A DNA stretch of 64,000 nt from Cyanobacteriota bacterium. Its GTDB lineage: Bacteria > Cyanobacteriota > Cyanobacteriia > Cyanobacteriales > Nostocaceae. The notes beneath the pieces were generated by a model. The model saw nothing but the letters and a program-made list of their open reading frames with translations, was not told the origin of the DNA and searched no databases. Position 1 is the first letter of the stretch; the number at the start of each line of letters is the position of its first letter. Position numbers and translations under genes: made by a program. Positions 31,413 through 40,279 of this stretch are shown here, piece after piece. The DNA lies in contig JBJOKS010000021.1 of the NCBI GenBank assembly GCA_046045965.1, positions 49,234 through 113,233 of the forward strand. Direction: 5' to 3'.

Positions 31413-31515
31413 CCTTGTTTTTCCCTGTCCCCAAAATCGCTACAATAAATTAAGAAAACTTCACAAATCTTAAGTTAGATTTTCTTACAAGTCCTTGGTT
31501 AACTAAAATCCAAAT

Positions 31516-31665
31516 ATGTCTATTTTTCGTCAATACATCGCCCCCCTCCTCGTCGTCTTAGTATTTTTGATTGCCCTAGTCGCAGTCAGCGCCCGTATTT
31601 TCTTACCTGCCGACATGGCAGCACCCGCACCTATCGGCATGATCTTCATAATTCATAATTCATAA
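31516..31665 (+). CDS. Small 49-aa single-TM protein; absent from the ORF track
   Basis: MSIFRQYIAPLLVVLVFLIALVAVSARIFLPADMAAPAPIGMIFIIHNS*. Confidence 0.65.
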   Translation: MSIFRQYIAPLLVVLVFLIALVAVSARIFLPADMAAPAPIGMIFIIHNS

Positions 31666-31734
31666 TTCATAATTACTACCCAGTCCCCAGTTCCCAGTCC
31701 CTAGTCCCTAGTCCCCAGTCCCCATTACCACACT

Positions 31735-32280
31735 TTGACTTTTGACTTTCCCCAGCCAGGCTATTCTATTCGCCGAGGCTCTACCCTAGACAAAGCACTC
31801 TTGGTTAAGTTCATCCAGCGAACTTACCAGGAACTATTTCCTGAACAGGATTTTTCCCACCTATCCCGTACAGTTGAGCAATACTTCTCCACTGATACCC
31901 CTTTATGGTGGGTATATGAAGAGGCAAGAGAGCAGGAAACCGGGAGCAAAGGAGCAGAGGAGCAGAGGAGCAAAGGAGAATTTACCCGATCCCCAGTCCC
32001 CAGTCCCCAGTCCCCGATAGCTTGTTTGTGGGCAGGTAACGCCATCGATCAAGTTACAGGCAGTCGTCATGCTCACATCTTTATACTTTACGTTGTACCC
32101 GCACATCGCCGTCGCGGAATCGGTACAGCTTTAATGCAATATATAGAAAATTGGGCAAAACAAAGGGGCGATCACCAAATCGGATTACAAGTATTTGCGT
32201 CCAACACACCCGCATTAAATCTTTATCAACAACTGGGTTATCAAACACAATCCCTCTGGATGATAAAATTACTTCATTAG
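31735..32280 (+). CDS. GNAT-family N-acetyltransferase with STRR-derived in-frame insert
   Basis: YVVPAHRRRGIGTALM, NTPALNLYQQLGY. Confidence 0.88.
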   Translation: MTFDFPQPGYSIRRGSTLDKALLVKFIQRTYQELFPEQDFSHLSRTVEQYFSTDTPLWWVYEEAREQETGSKGAEEQRSKGEFTRSPVPSPQSPIACLWAGNAIDQVTGSRHAHIFILYVVPAHRRRGIGTALMQYIENWAKQRGDHQIGLQVFASNTPALNLYQQLGYQTQSLWMIKLLH

Positions 32281-32374
32281 GGAACAGGGAACAGGCAACA
32301 GGGAACAGGCATAAGATAACCCTTATTCCTCAGCCTCCTCACCTTACCTGACTCCTGCTATATAATTCATCTTT

Positions 32375-32747
32375 TTGACACTCTGCGTCCTAAAGGAGCG
32401 CAGATTCTTAGTTCAACGAGTCCACTTAGTTTAGATCCCTTGCGGTGTCTAACAAGCGAGGTGGTTCTCTCCCTAAGCGTTACTTTCCCCCTGCCCGGAG
32501 GTAGTTGGATTATTCCAAATTTTGTTTGAATTTAAATTCTGTGTTGTCTAGCTTCCATGAAGATTTTACCTATTCCTGGCAAGGAACTAGAACTATGGAA
32601 TAGAACCCCATATCTTCAATTGTCAAGGTACAGATTGCCGTTAGGCAGTTAGGTTTTTATACAGGTTGATTACCGTTCCTGTTAAAAACAATATACCATG
32701 ACTGCCCCTGAAGGGGCAATCCGTTCACCTACATCCACCGCCTGAAG
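32375..32747 (-). mobile_element. Non-autonomous IS200/IS605-family derivative (PATE-like) retaining the right end and omegaRNA region
   Basis: Minus strand ends ...AGAATCTGCGCTCCTTTAGGACGCAGAGTGTCAA (subterminal hairpin + TCAA); remnant of a TnpB-like tail LPPGRGKVTLRE; no tnpA/tnpB ORF. Confidence 0.7.
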
Positions 32748-32828
32748 TACAATAAAGTATCTCAGCCAAGCTCCGATACTTTATCTCGGTGGTTTTGGCT
32801 CACTTGATTTTCTTATAAAAAAAATATT

Positions 32829-33587
32829 ATGTACGACGAAGACGATATAAACCTACTTGATACTGAGGCGGATTTAGAAAGCCCCCTAGACCAAATAGAA
32901 CCAATTACCGCTGAATCAGAAATAGCCAAACCTGATCCAGACTTAATGCTGGCACTTTTGGAAGATCCTCTGTCCCAGCAACGAATGTTAGCAGCACGGG
33001 CATTTTGTGATATTCAAGATCAACGGGCAATTCCCCATTTAATTCGCCTATTAACTGATAATTGTCCCCTAGTGCGAGTCAGTGCCGCCTATGCCATCGG
33101 ACGCAATACCAGTTCAGATGCCGTTGAGCCATTGATTAATCAACTCAATCGTGATTTTAATGGCTATGTGCGAAAAGGCGTAGTTTGGGCTTTAGGAAAC
33201 TGTCGCGATCGCCGTTCCTTAATACCCCTGGCAGATGCCCTCAGAACCGATATTTCCGCCGTGCGTCTCTGGTCGGCCAGCGCCCTAGCACAAATGGCAG
33301 GAGTCGGTTATGAAGTAGTTGTCGGCGCAATACCACCCTTAATTGAAGCCCTAGTTCAAGACCCCACAGCCGCAGTGCGAAGTAACTCCGCTTGGGCAAT
33401 AGGCCAACTGTGTAAGGAATTACCTTCTAATGTAGTTTATGCCACAGCTATCGACGCATTAATTCAAGCCTTTGCCGAAGATAAGGACTTGGGTGTTAGA
33501 GAAGATGCCAAAGCCTCACTCCTGGGAGTCGGTGATCCCCGTGGCTTACAATTAATTGAAACCCTAGAACAAGAAGGTTGGTTTTAA
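32829..33587 (+). CDS. HEAT-repeat (PBS lyase HEAT-like) protein
   Basis: Repeated D..VR..AA.ALG units. Confidence 0.88.
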   Translation: MYDEDDINLLDTEADLESPLDQIEPITAESEIAKPDPDLMLALLEDPLSQQRMLAARAFCDIQDQRAIPHLIRLLTDNCPLVRVSAAYAIGRNTSSDAVEPLINQLNRDFNGYVRKGVVWALGNCRDRRSLIPLADALRTDISAVRLWSASALAQMAGVGYEVVVGAIPPLIEALVQDPTAAVRSNSAWAIGQLCKELPSNVVYATAIDALIQAFAEDKDLGVREDAKASLLGVGDPRGLQLIETLEQEGWF

Positions 33588-33594
33588 CAGAAAG

Positions 33595-33710
33595 CAGGAG
33601 TCAGGAGTCAGGAGTCAGGGAGCAGGGAGCAGGGAGCAGGGAGCAGGGAGCAGAGGGAAAAGATTTTTACCAATTACCAATTACCAATTACCAATTACCC
33701 AATTCCCAAT
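33595..33710. repeat. STRR heptamer arrays (CAGGAGT/CAGGGAG and TTACCAA)
   Basis: Tandem 7-mers between convergent genes, running into the ung stop. Confidence 0.9.
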
Positions 33711-34368
33711 CAATTTCCGGTTTACCACAAGAGCGCAAAGCAGCATTAATAGCTGAAAAAGGTTTACTGCCAAAAAATCCATTATGTGCAGACAGCGGTG
33801 AAGGATGAGCCGACTGTATAACAATATGTCGAGTTGTATCAATCAACTTCAACTTCTTTTGTGCATATCCACCCCACAACACAAAAACCACTGGATCAGG
33901 TTTCTGATTCACCTTATTAATCACCGCATCCGTGAAAATTTCCCAACCTTTATTTTTATGAGAATTTGGTGTATGCGCTCTCACAGTCAGCACCGCATTT
34001 AACATCAACATACCCTGTTTAGCCCAATTCACCAAATAACCATGATTGGGAATATCAAAACCCACATCCGTTTTTAGTTCTTTAAAAATATTCATCAGTG
34101 ATGGAGGTGGTTTAATCCCTGGTTTAACAGAAAAGCATAATCCATGAGCTTGGTTTTGATTATGGTACGGATCTTGCCCTAATAACAAAACATTTACCTG
34201 CTCATAACTCGTTAATTCCAAGGCAGAAAAAATATTTTCTGTTGGTGGATAAATAGTATAGGTTTCCTGTTCCTGCGCTAAGAAATCTTGCAGTTTACCA
34301 AAGTATGGTTTTTCCAGTTCTTCAGCTAAAATAGCTGTCCAAGAAATAGGTAGTTGCAGATTTTTCAT
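33688..34368 (-). CDS. ung: Uracil-DNA glycosylase, family 1
   Basis: GQDPYH, AHGLCFSV, HPSPLS. Confidence 0.97.
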   Translation of the reverse strand: MKNLQLPISWTAILAEELEKPYFGKLQDFLAQEQETYTIYPPTENIFSALELTSYEQVNVLLLGQDPYHNQNQAHGLCFSVKPGIKPPPSLMNIFKELKTDVGFDIPNHGYLVNWAKQGMLMLNAVLTVRAHTPNSHKNKGWEIFTDAVINKVNQKPDPVVFVLWGGYAQKKLKLIDTTRHIVIQSAHPSPLSAHNGFFGSKPFSAINAALRSCGKPEIDWELGNW

Positions 34369-34754
34369 TCAACTGGAGTTAGTTCAAAAGGACGTTCTGT
34401 ATCATCTTCACCCAAATACTCACCATTTTGAATTTCCAGAATCACTAGAGGAATAGAACCGGGATTTTCTACCTTATGCAAAGTTGCTGCTGGTACATAA
34501 GTTGACTGATTACAATTCAGCAATATCTCTTCATCACCACAAGTTACCTTGGCTACACCAGAAACTACCACCCAATGTTCATGACGATGATAATGGATTT
34601 GGGCTTTAATTCCATGTCGAGGTTTAATTTCCACCCGACTAATTCTATAATTTTCTCCTTGTTCTATTACTTCAACGTTTCCCCAGTAACGTTCACCTGA
34701 ATGAGAACAAGATTCATCTATATTGACATTCATTTCATTTGGTTGCTGATTCAT
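34365..34754 (-). CDS. Cupin, mannose-6-phosphate isomerase type II C-terminal-like
   Basis: QIHYHRHEHWVVVSG, EIQNGEYLGEDD. Confidence 0.88.
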   Translation of the reverse strand: MNQQPNEMNVNIDESCSHSGERYWGNVEVIEQGENYRISRVEIKPRHGIKAQIHYHRHEHWVVVSGVAKVTCGDEEILLNCNQSTYVPAATLHKVENPGSIPLVILEIQNGEYLGEDDTERPFELTPVE

Positions 34755-34822
34755 AAATGATTTTTACCTGTACTAATTGTTAGATTTTAAACTGTGCATT
34801 TTAGATTGGATAACTGGCATTT

Positions 34823-36049
34823 TTAAGAATGCCTATTCTGTATAGATAAAGTTTTATTAGAAAATAAAAGTTGTTCAAATTCTATTTTTGGTAATGGACG
34901 ACTGAATAAAAAACCTTGAATAGCATCACATTTATTTTCTCGCAAGAATAATAATTCTGATTCTGTTTCTACCCCTTCAGCAATAATTTTAAGATTTAAA
35001 TCCTGAGCCATTTTAATCATTGATTTAGTAATGATTGACTTGGGGTAATCTTTATAGACATCTTGAACAAAAGCACGATCAATTTTGATAGTATTAACAG
35101 GGAAAAGTTGCAGATAGTTTAAAGCCGAGTGTCCTGTACCAAAATCGTCAATTGCAATTTTCACTCCTAGTGAACGTAACTGTTTCATAATAGCGATCGC
35201 ACAACTTACATTCTCCATAATCATTGTTTCAGTAACTTCAATTTCTAAGCAATTGGTATCTAAATCATTAGTTTCTATCAAGTTAATAATTTGAGAACTT
35301 AAATCCGTTTGATTAAACTCAATTGCTGATAAATTGACAGCAAAAGTCAAAGAATTAATCCCTAAATCGCGCCAAATTTTAATTTGTTGACAGACATTTT
35401 TTAATACCCAGTTGTCAATGTTAAAAATTAACCCATTTGCCTCTGCTAAAGGAATAAATTCTGCGGGAGAAATAAAACCTAACTCATAACTATGCCAACG
35501 TAATAAACTTTCAGCCCCAGTTATTCTGCCAGTATTGATATCAACAATTGGTTGGTAATAAATCTCAAACTCTTTAAAATCATGATTGAAAATCGCTTGG
35601 TGTAATTCTTTATTTAATAACTGCATTCTGGGGGTTAATTTATGAACCGCAGTTTGCACTGATAAATGTTTTTTTAAATTGGCATATTTTTCTAATTTGT
35701 TCATAATCGCACTCAATAACTCAGAGCGGGTGAACGGCTTAGTTAAATAATCATCTGCACCCATATCCATGCCTTGACGAATATCAGATTTAGCAGATTT
35801 TGCCGTCAAAAAAATAAAGGGAATTGTCGAAGTTATTGGTTGTTGACGTACTGCTTTTAATACTTCATAACCATCAAGCTCTGGCATCATCATGTCACAT
35901 AAAATTAAATCTGGAACTTCAGAAATAGCTAAATTCAAGCCAATTTTTCCGTTAGCAGCAGAAACTGTTTCAAACTCCTCAGCCATTAACAAATCTAACA
36001 GGTTTTCCCGCACGGATTCTTCATCTTCTATGACTAAAATTTTGGGCAT
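34823..36049 (-). CDS. REC-EAL response regulator (c-di-GMP phosphodiesterase)
   Basis: Receiver domain then YYQP, ESLLRW, DDFGTG, IKIDRAF, EGVE, QGFLF. Confidence 0.92.
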   Translation of the reverse strand: MPKILVIEDEESVRENLLDLLMAEEFETVSAANGKIGLNLAISEVPDLILCDMMMPELDGYEVLKAVRQQPITSTIPFIFLTAKSAKSDIRQGMDMGADDYLTKPFTRSELLSAIMNKLEKYANLKKHLSVQTAVHKLTPRMQLLNKELHQAIFNHDFKEFEIYYQPIVDINTGRITGAESLLRWHSYELGFISPAEFIPLAEANGLIFNIDNWVLKNVCQQIKIWRDLGINSLTFAVNLSAIEFNQTDLSSQIINLIETNDLDTNCLEIEVTETMIMENVSCAIAIMKQLRSLGVKIAIDDFGTGHSALNYLQLFPVNTIKIDRAFVQDVYKDYPKSIITKSMIKMAQDLNLKIIAEGVETESELLFLRENKCDAIQGFLFSRPLPKIEFEQLLFSNKTLSIQNRHS

Positions 36050-36057
36050 AATTAACC

Positions 36058-39000
36058 TCATATTGTATATTTTTTTAAAGGTAGTTGAACAATAAATTTT
36101 GTACCTGTGCCAATTTTGCTATTCACAGAAATTTCACCTTGGTAAATATCTACACATTTTTTTACAATCGCTAGTCCTAATCCAGTACCTAAAATATTAC
36201 CGACATTTCTAGCACGGTGGAAAGATTCAAATAAGTGCAGAAGGTCTTCTTCTGGAATCCCAATTCCTCGGTCTTGAACTTCAAATGTAGCTTGTTCATC
36301 TCTACAAGCAAGTGTAAATTTGACTAAGCTATCATCGGCAGAATATTTAATTGCATTTGAGAGTAAGTTACTGAGAATATGTCCTAATAATTTGTCATCC
36401 ATATAGCAAGACATAGATTCACAGTTACTGCTAAAGGATATCAAATGCTGAGTCCTCAAATTCAACCGGATTTCTTCTACTAATTGACGACAGTATTTCA
36501 CCAAGTCAAAAGATGAAGGTCTGTATTCCAGTTTTCCTGCTTCTGCCTTACCACTCACCAAGATATCATCTAACATTTCTGTCATGCGGTGGACAGCGGT
36601 TTGAATCCGACGCAGATGAGTTAATTGCTTCTCCTGTGTCCATCTGTAACGGTAGTGTTCTAGCAACTCCGAAGAAGACAGGATGGTACTCAAAGGGGTG
36701 CGAAATTCGTGGGAAGTCATGGAGATAAAACGGGATTTCAGCTCGTTGAGTTCTTTTTCTTTTTCTAGAGCTACTCTCAGTTCTTGCTCTAATTGCTTGC
36801 GACTGGTAATATCTGCCCAGTATCCCACAAGTTCTAAAGGGTTGCCAGCGTCATCCCAAACTACCTTACCTTGATCATATACCCAGCGATAAGTACCATC
36901 TTGGTGTAAAAAGCGATATTCTAGATTATACTGTGTGTTCTCTAAAACCTCTGAGAGTTCTGTCAGTACAGATGGAGCATCTTCAGGGTGAATATGAGCA
37001 TACCAAAAACTGGAATCTTCAACAAATTCCCGTGCTGCATAGCCTACCATACCTTTGATATTATCACTGATAAAAATAGCACCAAAATCTTCTGTGACTT
37101 TGCTGGTATAGATCACAGCTGGACTAGCTGTGAGTAAGTATTGTAGCCTTTGTTGGCTAATCAATAAAGCTGTTTCTGTTTGCTTGCGTTCAGTAATATC
37201 ATTTTGAATACCGATATAGTGTGTAAGATAACCATATACATCATAGACAGGAGAAATATTTAACTCATGCCAAAATAAGTTCCCATCTTGACTATAATTA
37301 CGTAAAACAACTGTACAGTCTTGTCCTGCTTCCATAGCAGTTCTCAGTTCTTCTAAAGCTTGTTGATTGATATCAACATCTTGAACAAAGGGAAAATGCT
37401 GCCCTAAAACCTCAGCAACCGAGTAACCAGTCATGCGTTCAAAAGCAGAATTGACGTAGATAATTGAACTCTCAGGACTGGTAACATCAGCAATAACAAT
37501 GCCATTACTACTAGCAGCGATCGCTCGATCACGCAGTCGTAAACCTTCCTCGATTAATTTGCGCTGGGTTATATCTGTACAAATACTAATAACTGCCACA
37601 ATATCACCAGTAGCATCTTTAATGGCATCTGTACGCAAGTCAATTTTTACACTCTCTCCATTGCGAGTTTTCATAGTTACTTCGCCATGCCAAGACTGAC
37701 CTTGCTGGACTGTCTGAAATACTCTCTTAAATAACTCTTTATTCCTAAAATTAGCTGCCAGACCACCATAGGCATTTAATTGAATTCCCGTATAATCAAA
37801 TACTTCTCTAAAGGCAGGATTAACATAGATAGCCTGACCTGCAATATCTGTAATACTAATAGCATCACTTGTACTTTCTATTGCTTTCTGCAACCTTAAT
37901 AAAGACTTTTCTGTTAATTTACGTTCTGTGATATCGCGAGTAACCTGAGAGAAACCTCGTAGCTGTCCATTTTCATCATGCAATGGAGTTAAAATACAAT
38001 TTGCCCAAAAGTGAGAGCCATCTTTGCGAACAAAAATACTCTCACATTCACATCTGTCATTAGTCTTGGCTATTTCTAGTTGTTGTTTGGGAATATGATT
38101 TAAAATATCTTCCTGTCGGAAAAAGCAACAGAAATTATGCCCAATAATTTCTGATGACTGATATCCAGTAATACATTCTGCCCCAGAATTCCAACTCATC
38201 ACCTTCCCTTCAGGGTCAAGCATATAAATTGCATAATCTTTCACACCTTCAACCAATAGACGTAAATATTCTTCACTTTTACGTAATTCTTGTTCAGCCA
38301 GTTTTCGGTCTGTAATATCTGTGGAAATACCACAAACAGCATAAGTAATACCATTGACATCTTTTAAAGGAAACTTCACAGACAAATAGTTGTGTAAGCC
38401 ATCTGGGTGAGTAGCAAATTCTTCAAATTCTTGAGGAATACCACCAGCAATAACCTCAGCATTGTTGACGACAAATGCTTCAGCAATATCATGAGGCCAG
38501 ATATCATATAAACTTTTACCTGATACCTGCTCTTGAGTAGTATGAAAGAGCTTTTCATATTGGCGGTTAACTAGCAGGTATTTATTTTCCCTGTCCAGTA
38601 AATACACAACTCCTGGGAAATTATCCAAAATTGCCTGTAGCTGCTGTTGGGTTTCCCATAATTTAGCCGCTTCCTGTTTACGAACAGTGATATCTCGATC
38701 AATACCACGATAACCACAAAATTTACCCTGGACATCAAAAATGGGTACTCCGTTAGTTTCCAGAAACACTAAATGACCATCTTTATGCACATTAGTATTT
38801 TCCAGACATTTAAAACATCCTCTGACAGCAAAAATCGGCACTAAAATATTGCCCACACGCTCTGCTTCTTCAGGTGACATTAGTGCAAATGGAGTTTTTC
38901 CTAAAACTTCCTGGGGTTCATAACCTAACATTTCCCGTACTTTAGGACTAACATAGGTATAAACGGCATTTTCATCAATTTCCCATACCCAATCACTACT

Positions 39001-40254
39001 AGCTTCAACTAAATTGCGGAAACGTTCTTCACTCTCTCTCAGCGCAATTTCTGTGGATACGCGATCATGAATATCTGTGTTAGTTCCGAACCAATTAATA
39101 ATTTGTCCTTGGCGATCGCGCAATGGTAAAGCACGTCCTAAATGCCAGCGATAGCTTCCTGAAGCTTTTTCCCACAACCGAAATTCTATTTCGTAATTTG
39201 TACCTGTGGCTAAAGATTGATTCCAAGCATTGATACTTGCTGGTAAGTCATCAGGATGCACCCAATTCTGCCACTGCTCTCCTAGAACTTGCTCTGGAAT
39301 ACAGCCGAAGTAATTAAGAGTACGTTGGTTTATATACTCAAGACTACCATCAGTATTAGCAATCCAGACTTGTTGGGGAATAGATTCAGCTAGAAAGCGA
39401 AAACGTTCCGCACTTTTTTCTAAAGCTTCCTGTTCCTGCATCCGCTCGGTAATATCTTCCATTGTTCCCAGCATACCTACTACTTTTCCTTCAGTATCTA
39501 AGAGGGGAACTTTATTAGTTTCTAGCCAAATCTGACTGCCATCAGCTTGCTGTTTAGTTCCAATAGCATGATATTCAGCCTGGTTATTTTGCATCACCAC
39601 CGCATCATAAGCACGATAAAATTCGGCTTCTTCCTGGTGGGGAACTAGATCATAGTCTGTTTTCCCAACAATTTCTTCTGGATTTTCAACACCAACCATT
39701 TGGGCAAATTTGCGATTGCAACCCAAGAAGTTGGAATTAATATCTTTCCAGAAAATACTATGGGGCATGGTATTCATAATTAATTGCAACATCTGCTGAG
39801 ATTGCAGAAGTTGATTTTCTACTATCTGATCCTGGCTAATTTGCTCTTGTACTTGTGCCAGTGCCAGACAAATACTTTCCGGCGTAATCACTCCCACAAT
39901 TTGATCATGCTCATCTACAACCGATAATAATTGCCACTCAGACTGAAACAACAGAGATGCTACAGTTGCCAAAGCGTTAACGGACTGTATTTTTATTTCA
40001 CTAACAGAAGTCTGCATCACTTCAGCAATTTTGGCAGTTTTCAAGTCAGATCCTAAAGCGATCAGTCTTACTATATCTTTTTGTGTTAAGTATCCTACTA
40101 ATAGGGATGCTGACTTTACCAACACAGCTTTACCGTGTCTTGCCATCAGCGCGATCGCATCTAAAACAGTTGTTTCCAGCGCAACCGTCAGCGGCGAATA
40201 GTCAATAATTGACTCTAAGCTTTGTAGGACAAGATAGTTAGGCGATGCTTGCAT
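36058..40254 (-). CDS. CBS/multi-PAS sensor histidine kinase
   Basis: N-terminal CBS pair, many PAS-PAC repeats (DITERK), SHEFRTPL, GTGLGL. Confidence 0.93.
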   Translation of the reverse strand: MQASPNYLVLQSLESIIDYSPLTVALETTVLDAIALMARHGKAVLVKSASLLVGYLTQKDIVRLIALGSDLKTAKIAEVMQTSVSEIKIQSVNALATVASLLFQSEWQLLSVVDEHDQIVGVITPESICLALAQVQEQISQDQIVENQLLQSQQMLQLIMNTMPHSIFWKDINSNFLGCNRKFAQMVGVENPEEIVGKTDYDLVPHQEEAEFYRAYDAVVMQNNQAEYHAIGTKQQADGSQIWLETNKVPLLDTEGKVVGMLGTMEDITERMQEQEALEKSAERFRFLAESIPQQVWIANTDGSLEYINQRTLNYFGCIPEQVLGEQWQNWVHPDDLPASINAWNQSLATGTNYEIEFRLWEKASGSYRWHLGRALPLRDRQGQIINWFGTNTDIHDRVSTEIALRESEERFRNLVEASSDWVWEIDENAVYTYVSPKVREMLGYEPQEVLGKTPFALMSPEEAERVGNILVPIFAVRGCFKCLENTNVHKDGHLVFLETNGVPIFDVQGKFCGYRGIDRDITVRKQEAAKLWETQQQLQAILDNFPGVVYLLDRENKYLLVNRQYEKLFHTTQEQVSGKSLYDIWPHDIAEAFVVNNAEVIAGGIPQEFEEFATHPDGLHNYLSVKFPLKDVNGITYAVCGISTDITDRKLAEQELRKSEEYLRLLVEGVKDYAIYMLDPEGKVMSWNSGAECITGYQSSEIIGHNFCCFFRQEDILNHIPKQQLEIAKTNDRCECESIFVRKDGSHFWANCILTPLHDENGQLRGFSQVTRDITERKLTEKSLLRLQKAIESTSDAISITDIAGQAIYVNPAFREVFDYTGIQLNAYGGLAANFRNKELFKRVFQTVQQGQSWHGEVTMKTRNGESVKIDLRTDAIKDATGDIVAVISICTDITQRKLIEEGLRLRDRAIAASSNGIVIADVTSPESSIIYVNSAFERMTGYSVAEVLGQHFPFVQDVDINQQALEELRTAMEAGQDCTVVLRNYSQDGNLFWHELNISPVYDVYGYLTHYIGIQNDITERKQTETALLISQQRLQYLLTASPAVIYTSKVTEDFGAIFISDNIKGMVGYAAREFVEDSSFWYAHIHPEDAPSVLTELSEVLENTQYNLEYRFLHQDGTYRWVYDQGKVVWDDAGNPLELVGYWADITSRKQLEQELRVALEKEKELNELKSRFISMTSHEFRTPLSTILSSSELLEHYRYRWTQEKQLTHLRRIQTAVHRMTEMLDDILVSGKAEAGKLEYRPSSFDLVKYCRQLVEEIRLNLRTQHLISFSSNCESMSCYMDDKLLGHILSNLLSNAIKYSADDSLVKFTLACRDEQATFEVQDRGIGIPEEDLLHLFESFHRARNVGNILGTGLGLAIVKKCVDIYQGEISVNSKIGTGTKFIVQLPLKKYTI

Positions 40255-40279
40255 ATTTTCCCAAAAAGATAAATATTCC

